A DNA stretch of 64,000 bases from a virus (taxonomy: Duplodnaviria > Caudoviricetes), in the IMG/VR virus record IMGVR_UViG_3300037483_000750, positions 6,940 through 70,939 of that record. One strand, written 5' to 3'. A program made the translations under genes and the position numbers. A model generated the notes under the pieces. The model did not search any database. It saw nothing but the letters and a program-made list of their open reading frames with translations, and was not told the DNA's origin. The first letter of the stretch is position 1. Each line of letters begins with the position of its first letter. This document shows positions 34,617 to 44,695 of the stretch, one piece after another.

Positions 34617-35204
34617 CTATAGCGAGGCTGTGTAGCTGACGTTCAGGGTGTCGGTGTTGACGACGCTCTTGTCCCCGCCCGTGAACAGCCCGGCCGAGTA
34701 GAGCACGCCGCCCGTGTTGTCGATGGTCGAGAGAGCACCTGCTCCATACACCAGGAAGCATCCCTTGACCGTGCCCGTCCCCGTGATGGCGAACGACAGG
34801 GCTGCGCTCAGCGCCTTGCTCCCGCCGCCAGCAGCGGCCCAGGCAGCCGTCTTCCGCGGGGCCGTGTAGGTGGGAGCGTTGGCGTTTCCCGCCTCGAGCC
34901 ATCCGCCGTGGGAACCCATCGTGTCGCCGGCCGCCACGGCCGTGAAGCTGACTGAACTGATGAGCCCCATGAAGGGACCGGTCACGGTGTAGCCCGCCCC
35001 GGCGAGGTAGGTGTCCAGCGCCAGATTCTTGCCGACCGTGGTCACGACGTTCGGGGCGACGTCTCTCCACTTGAGGTTGCCGTCCTTGTCGTAGCACTCC
35101 GCCACGTACCAGCCGTGGGCTTCGGCTTTCTCCTCCAGGCTCGCCGCCCGTATCAACTCGGCCACCGCCTGGGATCTTGCGTCTGCTGGTTCGTTGAGCA
35201 TCAT
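34617..35204 (-). CDS. Gly/Ala/Thr-rich virion structural protein
   Basis: NVVTTVGKNLALD...TVKGCFL...LYSAG..DTLNVSYT; sits directly upstream of the repeat fibre gene. Confidence 0.6.
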   Translation of the reverse strand: MMLNEPADARSQAVAELIRAASLEEKAEAHGWYVAECYDKDGNLKWRDVAPNVVTTVGKNLALDTYLAGAGYTVTGPFMGLISSVSFTAVAAGDTMGSHGGWLEAGNANAPTYTAPRKTAAWAAAGGGSKALSAALSFAITGTGTVKGCFLVYGAGALSTIDNTGGVLYSAGLFTGGDKSVVNTDTLNVSYTASL

Positions 35205-35240
35205 GCTCCTCCTGGCCTGTCTGTGATTAGAACCGTCCTA

Positions 35241-35576
35241 TCACGAGCTCTTTGGGTCTTCGTCCGAAGGGTTGGGCTCTGGTCGGGGGAGTGGTCGGCC
35301 TGGCCTGTCTGTGACGAGGTACCCAGTCGGCCCTGCCGCATCGACTTCCCGAATGGCCGCTTCGAGGTCAGCCTGCTCTTGCTCGGTCAGGGCTGGCTCG
35401 CCCTCGATGAACTCAGACATCCACTCGAGGAAGTTCCAGAGCGTCCACCCGTGGTACTTCTCGAGGTGTTCCGACAGCCCACCCACCACCGGCGGTAGCG
35501 GGTTGTCTGGCCCGGTCACTGTCCTCTCGACCGACCAGTCGCAGAGCGGGCAGGCGATGTTCAGCTTCGCATACAT
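35241..35576 (-). CDS. Hypothetical protein with C2H2-like motif
   Basis: CPLC...EHLEKYH. Confidence 0.55.
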   Translation of the reverse strand: MYAKLNIACPLCDWSVERTVTGPDNPLPPVVGGLSEHLEKYHGWTLWNFLEWMSEFIEGEPALTEQEQADLEAAIREVDAAGPTGYLVTDRPGRPLPRPEPNPSDEDPKSS

Positions 35577-35577
35577 C

Positions 35578-35907
35578 TCAGGCTCCTAGCCAGTCGCGCA
35601 TGATGTCAACGAACTGCTCGATTCTAGTTCGCTGCAGCGGGGGCTGCGGCCGGTAGTCCCCCATGCCCCATTCCAACGACGCTCTCTCTTCGAAACGAGG
35701 GACGGCACCGCCGATGAAGTAGGGGCTCATGTCCGCCTGTAGGAAATACGGACTCGCCTCCACGCCGCCTTCGGCATAGTAGCGATCTCTCGTGTGCTCG
35801 GGCCAATAGGGGTCTTCCGCCCTGATGGCCCCGCACTGGCTACATTCCCACGCACCCCGCAGATTCCTGTGACCACCGTGCTGCCCGCAATACTCACATG
35901 GTTCCAT
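35578..35907 (-). CDS. Small Zn-ribbon protein
   Basis: CEYC...CSQC; GGAGGG RBS. Confidence 0.55.
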   Translation of the reverse strand: MEPCEYCGQHGGHRNLRGAWECSQCGAIRAEDPYWPEHTRDRYYAEGGVEASPYFLQADMSPYFIGGAVPRFEERASLEWGMGDYRPQPPLQRTRIEQFVDIMRDWLGA

Positions 35908-35947
35908 CGCCCCTCCGTCCGAGGCTGCTGTTTCCGACGCCGAGGTA

Positions 35948-38236
35948 TCAAGCTGCCGGCTCCGAGTCTTCAATGATCGTATCCGCCCGGCCGAGCGCAT
36001 CCCGCACAATCTTCTTCGTCACGCGCGTCGGCTCAATCTTCACCTCGAGGCTCACCGGGGTCTCGGGCAGGTTGACCACCGGTGGCTTCTGGTCCGTAAT
36101 CGCCTTCGCTACCTCGCCCATCCCAGCCCCGATGTTCTCAATGGCCGCCTGGATGGCGCTGACCATCGGGGCCGCGTCGAACACGACTGTCGGCGTGGGC
36201 ATCTCCCGCTCCATCAGCTCCTTGGTCCGCTCCTCCGTCGCCGCCGCTTGGGTCTCCTGCGCCTCAGCGTTCTGCTTGAGAGCCTCCGCCATCTCTCGCT
36301 GGCCGTCGGCTATCCTGTCGAGGGCCTCTCCCACCACCGTCAGGGCCGCCCGTTGCAGCTCGCCGTTCTCCCTCAGGGCATCCGCAAATGGCCTGACGTC
36401 AGGGGCCTGCACCACCACCTGCGGCATGCGGTACGTCATGTCTTCCTCCTCTTTCGTCGCTCTGAGCATCTCGAGGGCCTCGGCCATCAGAACGTCCTCG
36501 GGATGGACCAGCACCATCGCCTTCGTCTGGTCCATGTCCAGGTCTTCGGGCCCCGGCATGTGTTCGGCTCCGCCGTCTTGGCCTGGCTCTTGGGTTCCAG
36601 GCACTGGTCCTCCTGGTACCGGTGCTCCCGGAACTGGCGGGGTCGGCGGCTTCGGCGCTGGCTTCCCAGCATCCTCGAGACGGTCCAGTGCCACCAGCGA
36701 TTCTACCAACGGACGGCGGCGCGGTCCCTCAGTGAATTCTCCCAGACGCGCCATCAACTCTCCGCGCCGCGCCACGATGACCAGCTTCAACGCGGGCTTC
36801 TCTCCGGCCCCGGCGTTCAGCGGGTCCACCACCCCGAGGTCGAGGAACTCGGCGTAGTCCGGGTTGTAGAACAGGCTCAGCACGTCGTCTCCGTTCGGAA
36901 GCCGGCCGTCCCGTAGCTCAAGGTCATTGAACTGCGCCTGGGTCAGGTCCCCCTCCTCCAAGGCCAACTCGCGTCCACCGCGCTCGTCCAGCACGCCCGA
37001 ACCAATCTCCTCAGTTCGCCGGCTCGCCCGGGTCAGCTTGATCTCTGCCCGCTGCTCGTCCTGGGCATCATCCTGGAAGTCGAACTTCATCTTGAGGTGC
37101 GGCGGCAGGACCTTCGAATTGTGCAGGCGCTCGAGCGTCTCTAGGATTTGCCCTGGTCCCTTCCCCCGCTGCTTGAGATGAGCGATCAGCGCCTCGGCTC
37201 TCGTCGCCCCGATGGTCATCCCTGGGAACAGTTCCCGGGGGTCCGTGCCGAACGCCAGCGCCATCGCCGCCATCGCCAGCGTCGTGGCCTCCTTCTCGTC
37301 GAAGCCCTCGGGCAACCCGAACAGGTCGACCTTCTCCATCCCGGCCTCGGGCAACCCGCGGTCCCCTACCACGACGAACTTCCCGTAACGCCGCAGCAGC
37401 TTGTTGTCCATCGTCTGTTCGGCTATCTCGAATGCCTCGCCTACGTCGTCCGGGTCGAGCCCGCCCTTCGTCACCAGGATGCCCTGAGCTGGCCGACTCC
37501 CGAGCTTCTCCTGTCTGTAGACCAGCATGTCGAGCAACGTCTGCGAGACGTTCACGCACCGGCTGACAGCGCAGAAGCCGACGCCGTTCATCTCCACCGC
37601 CGGCGAAGGCATGGAGCTGGCTATCATCACCCGGCTCCGGTGCATCTTGTAGAGCTTGCCGTCGGTGTCCGTGTAGAGCACCGGGAACTCCGGGTCGCCC
37701 GTGCGCGTGCAGCGCCGGGAATCCATGTGCGCCACCCCCAGCACCGGACCCTTGATGGGCCCGTCCGGGTCTCCCTCGCCAATGACCTCCGAGAACGCTC
37801 CGTTGTCCTGGGTGATGTGGTCTTCAACCCACTTCGAAACCCATGGGCCCCATCCCTCATCGAAGTCGTTCTCGTTGAGAATCATCTCCTCCATCTGCTC
37901 CGCCTGGCGGCGGTGGAGAGCGATGGTCGGGTCGACCGGCTCGATGTGAAACGGGATGGTTGAGATGATGCTCTCCATGGTGTAGACGGCCCCGGAGAGG
38001 TGGTCCACTCGCTTCCAAAACCGGCGCAGTTCGGCATCCCGTGCCCGGCTCCACCAGCCCGGCATCAGTTCCCCCGCCCCGGCCGCCTGCCACAAGAACA
38101 ACGACAGGCCGGCGTGCCCCCGTCCTTCCCGTGCCCGTTGCTGAACGCTGGCGGCCTGCGCCGCCTCCACATCCTTCGTCCCCTGCTCGATCGGCTGTGC
38201 CATGAGCTCCCGGGGGTCTCGAACCATGTCGGTCAT
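35948..38236 (-). CDS. Portal protein with long C-terminal extension
   Basis: Follows TerL. Portal-type features (DHITQDNGAFSEV, SAVSRC-like segment, AFGTDPREL); PVPG repeats and a C-terminal tail. Confidence 0.85.
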   Translation of the reverse strand: MTDMVRDPRELMAQPIEQGTKDVEAAQAASVQQRAREGRGHAGLSLFLWQAAGAGELMPGWWSRARDAELRRFWKRVDHLSGAVYTMESIISTIPFHIEPVDPTIALHRRQAEQMEEMILNENDFDEGWGPWVSKWVEDHITQDNGAFSEVIGEGDPDGPIKGPVLGVAHMDSRRCTRTGDPEFPVLYTDTDGKLYKMHRSRVMIASSMPSPAVEMNGVGFCAVSRCVNVSQTLLDMLVYRQEKLGSRPAQGILVTKGGLDPDDVGEAFEIAEQTMDNKLLRRYGKFVVVGDRGLPEAGMEKVDLFGLPEGFDEKEATTLAMAAMALAFGTDPRELFPGMTIGATRAEALIAHLKQRGKGPGQILETLERLHNSKVLPPHLKMKFDFQDDAQDEQRAEIKLTRASRRTEEIGSGVLDERGGRELALEEGDLTQAQFNDLELRDGRLPNGDDVLSLFYNPDYAEFLDLGVVDPLNAGAGEKPALKLVIVARRGELMARLGEFTEGPRRRPLVESLVALDRLEDAGKPAPKPPTPPVPGAPVPGGPVPGTQEPGQDGGAEHMPGPEDLDMDQTKAMVLVHPEDVLMAEALEMLRATKEEEDMTYRMPQVVVQAPDVRPFADALRENGELQRAALTVVGEALDRIADGQREMAEALKQNAEAQETQAAATEERTKELMEREMPTPTVVFDAAPMVSAIQAAIENIGAGMGEVAKAITDQKPPVVNLPETPVSLEVKIEPTRVTKKIVRDALGRADTIIEDSEPAA

Positions 38237-38916
38237 GCGTTGCCTCGCCGTGCCTGGTGGTAGGCTCTCAGAGAGGCCCCAATAGCCTTCCTATGCTCGT
38301 TCGTCAGCCGCTTTCCAATGTTGGCCTGGCGCATCTTTTCAATAGCTCCCAGCGATTGACGTTTGCCCTTCTGCCGGTCTCTCAGCTTATCCTTGGTTTG
38401 GGCAGTGTGTTTCCGCCCTCTTTGTCCTTCTCCCATCCGTTCCCGCACCCCAGGCCTTGCAACCGCAGCCCGGATACCTATACCGATATGGGCCCGATGC
38501 TCTGGTGTCAGCCGTTTCCCTCTTTGGGCCTCCGATATTGTCCTGCGGTGTTCATCAGACAACTTCCTTCCCGTGAGAGCCTTAGCAATCCTAGCCCGTG
38601 TCTCCATCGACGTGCTTTTGCCAAAGCTCGGGGGCGGGCAACCGACGACTGTTTTGACGTTGTATTCAGGCTTAAGCATGTCGATGGCCATCTGTTCGAA
38701 GAGGAGCACGTCAGTCGGCGAGCATCGCAGTAGCAATCTGAACGCGAACGCTGCTTCTCCGTACTGATACCATGCTGCCTGGAGCCGGCTCGCTGGATGC
38801 CGACCTTGCTGTAGTGCTCCTTTATGCTGACCAAAACGGTGCGCCAGATGGACGGATGACCCGATATACCGCTGCCTTGTTACTAAGTTCTCAATCGCGT
38901 AGATGCCACAGCCCAT
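38233..38916 (-). mobile_element. Free-standing GIY-YIG homing endonuclease with NUMOD3 repeats
   Basis: GIYAIEN...YIGSS...RFGQH motif; repeated GRK(H/L)SxEHR units; lower GC than the flanks. Confidence 0.92.
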
Positions 38917-38918
38917 CG

Positions 38919-40355
38919 TTACGTCCCCGAAGAACCTAATCGCCGCACTTTGGCCCGGGCCACTTCCCCTCGGATGCTCGAGACGACGTAGCGTAGCGCG
39001 TCGAGCAGGTGGAAGGTCTGCTTGGCTTCCACGTCCTTAGTCACATTCCCGAGGCGGTCCCGTTGGTAGCGATAGCGGCTGAACTCGTCCAGAAGGCCCG
39101 CCAGGTCATCGAACACCACCAGCCCGGCGGTCTTGACCGTAGCATACACTCGGTTGATGCCGAGGTCAACGTCTCGTATCGGTGGTGGAATGACACCCAA
39201 TCCCCCTGAAGCGAACTCCGTGCGCCATTGGTCCTCGCTGCTACTGCCTCCATAAGTCCTGGGGCGGCCCCTTTCCCCCTGGAGTATGTCCTGGACATGC
39301 CCACTGGCCAGCTTCCCGCCCCCCATGTAGATGCGGTACACGAATAGGCGGAGCGTCGTCGGCTCCTCGGCCAGGAACACCGCCGCCGTGTGCTGACCCC
39401 CGAAGTCCAGGCCCAGGTAACGGGTCCAGTCGTCCGGAATGGCGAAGCGTGGGCAGGTGTTGCGCCCGCCGGTCCGGTCAAAGCAGTCATAGACGAGCGT
39501 CCGGCTGCCAACCCTCCGGCCCCGCAGGAAGCTCTGGAACTCGTCGTCGGGCAGCTCCGTCCGGGCCTTCTCGTATTCCTCCTCCGGGAAGGCGGGGTTG
39601 GCTATGGAGTCGAACTGCACCAGGCCTATGTCAGCTTGGGCGTTGTCCGTCACTTCGACCACGGCCCCGTTCGGTAGCTTCTCGACCTTTGTCTTCCCAC
39701 CCTTCTGCGCCTTCTGGATGACATCGGTGTCCACCCAGCCCGGGTCGTACAGCGTCGAAGTCATCAGCAGCCGGCCCCGGTACAGCGTCAGCCGCCGCTT
39801 CAGCGCCTTGAAGCTCGCATAGGTGAACTTGTCCTGGCCGCACTCATCCGCCCAGGCCGCCTTGGCCGTTCCGCTCTCCAGGCCTCCCTTGCTGTCGGCC
39901 GACCGCAGGATGATGCGGGCCCACATCGGGTCGTCCGATTCCCTGGCCAGGAACGCACCGGTGTCCGGCTCCGCCAGCTCGAGTATCTTGTCCCCTGCCC
40001 AATAACGTCCGATGCCCAGCGTGTGCTCGAAGTACTGGAGCAGGGCTGGCAGCATCTTGAGCTTGAACAGGTCGTAGGTGGCGCTGACAGCGAAGTAATC
40101 GCCCGGGCCCCGGAGTCCTATCTCCCGGTCCATCCATGCCGGCCCGAAGATGGTCTTTCCCCCCTGGTACCCGCTGAACATCCCGATAAAGCGCCGGGGG
40201 CAGGCGTAGGAGAGTTCCTGCCCCCGGTGGAAAGGCTCCGGCTCGCCCGTCTCCGGGTCGAGCACGTGGCTCTCGGGCAACTGGTCTGTTCTGTCTCTGG
40301 CCTCCGCCGGCAGGAGGTCTCTATAAACATGCCAGGCAAGTTGGTTCATCCCCAA
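38919..40355 (-). CDS. terL: Terminase large subunit
   Basis: Walker A-like SGYQGGKT, Walker B AWADE, nuclease motifs GLDFGG and HLLDALRY. Confidence 0.92.
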   Translation of the reverse strand: MGMNQLAWHVYRDLLPAEARDRTDQLPESHVLDPETGEPEPFHRGQELSYACPRRFIGMFSGYQGGKTIFGPAWMDREIGLRGPGDYFAVSATYDLFKLKMLPALLQYFEHTLGIGRYWAGDKILELAEPDTGAFLARESDDPMWARIILRSADSKGGLESGTAKAAWADECGQDKFTYASFKALKRRLTLYRGRLLMTSTLYDPGWVDTDVIQKAQKGGKTKVEKLPNGAVVEVTDNAQADIGLVQFDSIANPAFPEEEYEKARTELPDDEFQSFLRGRRVGSRTLVYDCFDRTGGRNTCPRFAIPDDWTRYLGLDFGGQHTAAVFLAEEPTTLRLFVYRIYMGGGKLASGHVQDILQGERGRPRTYGGSSSEDQWRTEFASGGLGVIPPPIRDVDLGINRVYATVKTAGLVVFDDLAGLLDEFSRYRYQRDRLGNVTKDVEAKQTFHLLDALRYVVSSIRGEVARAKVRRLGSSGT

Positions 40356-40816
40356 GCGACCCGCTCAGAGACGCACAAGTCGCAAAGCGGCCCATATCGT
40401 GCCGCCCGAACGTGATGCCGCCTATGGGCTCCGCAACGGCCCGACTTCGAACCCCGGCCTGGCATGGCCTCGATGAACGCGACAACCTCCGCCGCCCTTG
40501 CCCTCCTCCGTTCTCCGAGGAGAGGCATCATCCGCGTCAACAAGTCCTTGAGGTGTTTCCCGCCGCCGGCCTCCCACCGCCATTGTGCTTTCCATCTCGC
40601 ACCATTCGGCCGTTGTAATTCCCGATGGCGCAGGGCGACGTGACCGAGGCCCACAATGGCTGCCACTCGCTCGACCACGTCCCGGTCCGTCATTGTGATG
40701 CTCATGGTCACCTGGTTCTTGAGGTTCCCGTTCGGCCGTCTAATGCCGTAGGCCGCCATCGTCCCCTCGCCCTCGAAGACCCCGACGAACCAGGCCCAGT
40801 CCTCGCTTGTCGTCAT
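40346..40816 (-). mobile_element. Free-standing single-motif LAGLIDADG homing endonuclease
   Basis: WAWFVGVFEGEGT, SITMTDRDVVE, YxW-like WRW and KR-like RRAR pattern. Confidence 0.85.
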
Positions 40817-40832
40817 GCTCGCCTCCGCCTGA

Positions 40833-40860
40833 ATTATGATCGAGACCGGACCGCCATCAA
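40833..40860 (-). promoter_or_regulatory. Putative promoter of the LAGLIDADG gene
   Basis: TTGATG, 16-nt spacer, CATAAT, then GGAGG and ATG. Confidence 0.45.
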
Positions 40861-40883
40861 AGGACGTGCCAGGCGAGACTCAC

Positions 40884-41693
40884 TCAGTCTCTCCCGGCCG
40901 TCTGCGCCAGCTTCGGTATCCTCGACACCCCCACAATCATCCCGAACCGCTCGGCTATCCTGCGCTGGAGCTTGGGGTCCTTCACCTCATCCTTCACGGC
41001 CGACACCAGCGCACGATAGCTGATGAGCGCCTCCTCCAAGTCGACCGTCTCTTGCATCTTCTCCCGCCGGCGGCCCTCGGTCTCGATGAACTTCCGCCGA
41101 ATCTCGAGCAGCTCCTCAATCTCCATCCAGGCTTGGGCATCCCCCTGTCCCCGGCTCACCAACAAGCTCAGCGCCACGATGCGCTGGTTCACGTCTTCCT
41201 GCTTTGCCGGGTCATTAGGGTGCGAACTCGCCTGGCGCAACGTCTCCCGGAACGCCTGCCACTCCTGTTGCAGCGCGCCCCACGTCCGACCAGTCTCGCC
41301 CGTATCCACCCTGCGTAGCAACTGGTCGAGCCGTGCCTCGAGCAGCGCCAGGTCGCGGGCCGCGTTGAGCAGCTCCCCGTCGTGCATCGCCCGGGCGGCT
41401 ATCTCCAGTAACGGCGGCGGCATGTATCGACTGAAGTGTCCGTGTCTATAGGCTGGATTGGCGAGGCCCTTACCACTGCGCGCCCCGGCGTGCTTGCAAC
41501 GCCCGGTGCCGTTCTCAGGCTTCTTCGTGCATGGCAGCTGGCGTCGGTCGCGGTGGCCGCATATCCCCCACGACAACCGCACCTCTCGGTCCTGGTCGTC
41601 GGTCCATGCCGCTGGGTCGTGCGGCCATCCCCGTTCACTCAGCCACGCGAGGACGTCCGCCTGTTTGACGAACTGGCCCTTATTCCCGGCCAT
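40884..41693 (-). CDS. terS: Terminase small subunit
   Basis: Upstream of TerL; CG..R...PC...P.NG.GRCK.(H)GA.S...NPAYRHG Zn/HGG-type motif followed by helical domain. Confidence 0.75.
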   Translation of the reverse strand: MAGNKGQFVKQADVLAWLSERGWPHDPAAWTDDQDREVRLSWGICGHRDRRQLPCTKKPENGTGRCKHAGARSGKGLANPAYRHGHFSRYMPPPLLEIAARAMHDGELLNAARDLALLEARLDQLLRRVDTGETGRTWGALQQEWQAFRETLRQASSHPNDPAKQEDVNQRIVALSLLVSRGQGDAQAWMEIEELLEIRRKFIETEGRRREKMQETVDLEEALISYRALVSAVKDEVKDPKLQRRIAERFGMIVGVSRIPKLAQTAGRD

Positions 41694-41710
41694 GTAGCTC
41701 TCCCGGTCGG

Positions 41711-42520
41711 TCAGCCGTTCATGGGCTGACCCAAGCGTACCACGGGGAATTCACGCACGCGCAGGTCTTTCGGCCATGCCTGCGGTCGGTCGCGCTTGTC
41801 CGGGTGGCCCCCCAACTGCTTGACGAAAACAGCCACTTCACCTTGCTGGCATTGGTTGATTATGTCTCGCGCCCAGGCGGGGTCCATCGGCCTGCATCCA
41901 TCCTGGCTCTCCCCCCCGACAATCACCCAATCGAGCACGTTGTAGATTGCCCTGTAGCCCATGCCCCAGGCCGCCGGCACCGTCCCGAGGAGGCCGAGGT
42001 CGATCGGTCCGAGCAAAGGTTCCGCCGAGATGAACTTCACCGCCGCTGCCGGGGCCCACAGCAGGTGGTCGAGCCGTTCGTCGTATCGCTCCTGGTCCTC
42101 GGCCGAAGTTCCCAGCCAGACGTTCTCAGCCGTGCCGGCGATAGGGCACATCCGGGCGATGTTCTCCGGGCGCTTTGTCAGCAGGAGCCAGTCGAGGTCC
42201 GGCGTCGCCTCTATCAGCTCCCACAGCCTCGCCCGGTGGCTATCGAGCACCGGCAGGTCTTCAAAGATGTCGCACATGGACCCGCAGAATACGCGTCGGC
42301 GCACCCCGTCTCGCACTGCCCGCCGCCACCAGTCCATAGGCTCGGCCCAATGCCGGTCCCCGAAGAACCGTCGCTCGCCGGCCGGCCCCCAAACATCATG
42401 CCCCCACCGGTGCGCCGAGTTCTCTGCGTAGCAGTTGGCGCACCCCGGGCTCACCTTCATGCAGCCCCACCAGGGGTTGAAAGTGTGGTCGCACCACTCT
42501 ATTCCGGTTCTCTCAGCCAT
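41711..42520 (-). CDS. DUF5131 (phage Gp37/Gp68) protein
   Basis: TGIEWCDHTFNPWWGCMKVSPGCANCYAE, VFCGSMCDIFE, LLTKRPE, SAEPLLG, WVIVGGES. Confidence 0.93.
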   Translation of the reverse strand: MAERTGIEWCDHTFNPWWGCMKVSPGCANCYAENSAHRWGHDVWGPAGERRFFGDRHWAEPMDWWRRAVRDGVRRRVFCGSMCDIFEDLPVLDSHRARLWELIEATPDLDWLLLTKRPENIARMCPIAGTAENVWLGTSAEDQERYDERLDHLLWAPAAAVKFISAEPLLGPIDLGLLGTVPAAWGMGYRAIYNVLDWVIVGGESQDGCRPMDPAWARDIINQCQQGEVAVFVKQLGGHPDKRDRPQAWPKDLRVREFPVVRLGQPMNG

Positions 42521-42731
42521 GCTTGCGGCCTCTCCATGCCCACGTCCAGGTCCGCTCTGTTCCCGTCGTCGGGGCGTCGTCCGGCGGCACCACCAAGCAG
42601 GTCAGGCGCTTCTTCTCCCGCTCGAGCACCCGGTAGCGCCGGCCGGTCGACGTCACGAGGTCATCGCCGACCTGAACTTCGTCGTCAGCCCGGGAGAGCG
42701 TCAGCGTCACTAGCGAGCCGATGGGCTTCAC
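42513..42731 (-). CDS. Small hypothetical protein
   Basis: GTGA overlap at 42728-42731. Confidence 0.5.
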   Translation of the reverse strand: MKPIGSLVTLTLSRADDEVQVGDDLVTSTGRRYRVLEREKKRLTCLVVPPDDAPTTGTERTWTWAWRGRKHG

Positions 42732-42979
42732 GGAGCCCTGAAGCCCTCTATCTCCCCCTCCCAACTCTTCATAGCCTCGGCCATCGTGTACTGGTCGCTT
42801 CGGTTCCAAGTGAAGGTCCCATGGCAACGCCTCGGCTCCCGCTTCCCACATCGCTCGCATTCGCCCAGGGCAAGTATCTCCGCCTCCGGGAAGGCGAATT
42901 CCCCCCGATCTGGCTCAACCGCTCTCCAATGCGTCAGCCGCTTCCATTTGTGCCCGAGTACCAAGCACCGGTAGTTCAT
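42728..42979 (-). CDS. DUF1660-like small protein
   Basis: CLVLGHKW...CERCG...CHG; GAGGAG RBS. Confidence 0.55.
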   Translation of the reverse strand: MNYRCLVLGHKWKRLTHWRAVEPDRGEFAFPEAEILALGECERCGKREPRRCHGTFTWNRSDQYTMAEAMKSWEGEIEGFRAP

Positions 42980-42991
42980 CGTTTCCTCTCC

Positions 42992-43249
42992 TCAGAATAG
43001 CGTCGCCTGTGGCCATTCCGGCTGCTCGGCCGGTTTCAACTTCGTCACATCGGGCTTGCTACAGAGGTTCAACCATGCCCATCCCGCGGCCGCCTCGGCC
43101 GTCTCAAACACCCGTAACTGGCGCTGCTCGTCGTAGAAAGTCTCCCGCCCGTCCAATAGGATGTATCCACGCTGCTTCGGATGCCACTCGATGCGTAGGC
43201 CGTTACGCTTTATAGCCAGCCTCCCTAGCCATCCTAGCAACTCGAGCAC
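42992..43249 (-). CDS. Hypothetical protein
   Basis: In operon, overlapping the methyltransferase 3' end. Confidence 0.5.
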   Translation of the reverse strand: MLELLGWLGRLAIKRNGLRIEWHPKQRGYILLDGRETFYDEQRQLRVFETAEAAAGWAWLNLCSKPDVTKLKPAEQPEWPQATLF

Positions 43250-43871
43250 TCAAGTCCTTTATCTCAGTATTCGCCCCGAGATGAAAGCGCTTGAGGAACT
43301 TCGCGTTGGCTATCCGTTCCTGTGCAATAGCGTAGTAACGAGGGTCTATCTCAACCCCAATGAAGTTCCTCCCCGTCTGTACACAGGCAACCCCGGTCGT
43401 CCCAGCTCCCATGAAAGGGTCCAGAACTGTGACATCCTGTGGAAGCATGCCTAGCACCCAAACCATCAGAGCAAGAGGCTTTTGAGTAGGATGGACCTTT
43501 TCTTCACCCGACCAATGATGCTGCAGAATCCGAACCCGTGGAGAGAAGTCAGTCCATGCCAGCTCGGCTTCCGAGAATGAAACGCCCCGTATCTTCTTGT
43601 CCCATATCAGCCAGCAAGCACTCGGCGGTAGCTGGTCCGAGAAGTAGTTAGCTCCCCAAATACAGTGATATCGACCAATGCCCAACCACGGCTTGAGCGA
43701 AGGCTGTTCGTCATCCCAATCACCTCGGATGAAGTCCTTCTTCCCATCGCCGAGTGTCATTGACGGGGCTCCTATCCCATAGGGAGGGTCAGTGACCACG
43801 GCCTCCACCTGTCTCGCCATCAACTCGGGCAGTAAGGCACCGCAGTCCCCCAAGAAAAGCTCGACTGTCAT
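43203..43871 (-). CDS. N4/N6 DNA methyltransferase (beta class)
   Basis: TDPPY, HPTQKP and VLDPFMGAGTT motifs. Confidence 0.93.
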   Translation of the reverse strand: MTVELFLGDCGALLPELMARQVEAVVTDPPYGIGAPSMTLGDGKKDFIRGDWDDEQPSLKPWLGIGRYHCIWGANYFSDQLPPSACWLIWDKKIRGVSFSEAELAWTDFSPRVRILQHHWSGEEKVHPTQKPLALMVWVLGMLPQDVTVLDPFMGAGTTGVACVQTGRNFIGVEIDPRYYAIAQERIANAKFLKRFHLGANTEIKDLSARVARMAREAGYKA

Positions 43872-44662
43872 CCCGGCTGCCCCTCGCGAAGGAACCTCGG
43901 TCGGATGTCTTCATCGTCGTCGTCCATGGCGGTCCCGTCATCGGGAGCCTCAGGGGGTGACTCTATCCCGGCCGCAAGCTCCCATCGTTTGAGATAAAGC
44001 TCCCCATCCAGCTGGGCATACTTGCTGTCCTGACGCTGAACATTCCTTTCTCCAAACGTCAGTGCTGTCAGACCGCGTTCAAAAGTGTTCTCATCCTTGA
44101 AGCTGACAAAGACAACCGCCACAACAAAGGCCTTGGGGTCAGTACTCGGTGGGGTCTCCGGCGTTCCAGATGGAGGTTCGAAGGGCACCGTGTCCGGACC
44201 AACAATAGCCACTAGACGATTGAGGTCTTCGGCATCGAAGCCCGTGCCCGCCAGTCCTTCCGCTGCCTTGCCCCCGGCCAGCTCGATCAGCGTCTTGACT
44301 AGCGCCGGCTCGTTCCATCCGCCGAGCTCGACCAGCCTGTTTAGTGCGATGCCGACGGCGGTCTCTTCTTCCTCCGGGACGTCGATATAGTCGACCGGCA
44401 CCATCCAATCCTCCCCGTCTTGCTCAATGCCCGATGGTCTCTGCCGGCCTCCTACCCTCAGACTTTCCAACGCGTCCAATCGCCCATGGCCCGCGACCAT
44501 CCTGTCGGTTCGCCTGTTGATGATGACCCTCTCTACGAAGCCAAACCTCTGCAAACTCTCCACGATTCCGCTGAGGTGGTGGTCCTTGGGGTTGACCAAC
44601 GCCCTCTTGAGGCTGCCCAAACGTCGCCACTCGCTCGCTGGCATACTTTCCATCTCGGCCAT
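43868..44662 (-). CDS. ParB/Srx N-terminal-domain protein coupled to the methyltransferase
   Basis: NPKDH...SLQRFGF...MVAGHGRL; ATGA overlap with the methyltransferase. Confidence 0.8.
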   Translation of the reverse strand: MAEMESMPASEWRRLGSLKRALVNPKDHHLSGIVESLQRFGFVERVIINRRTDRMVAGHGRLDALESLRVGGRQRPSGIEQDGEDWMVPVDYIDVPEEEETAVGIALNRLVELGGWNEPALVKTLIELAGGKAAEGLAGTGFDAEDLNRLVAIVGPDTVPFEPPSGTPETPPSTDPKAFVVAVVFVSFKDENTFERGLTALTFGERNVQRQDSKYAQLDGELYLKRWELAAGIESPPEAPDDGTAMDDDDEDIRPRFLREGQPG

Positions 44663-44695
44663 TCTATCATCCTTTCGGCGTTATACTCGTCCCGT

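Noticed and set aside
38233-40816. Group I intron or intein in the terminase or portal
   Set aside because: TerL has all motifs in one ORF and the portal ORF is continuous; the endonucleases lie between genes.
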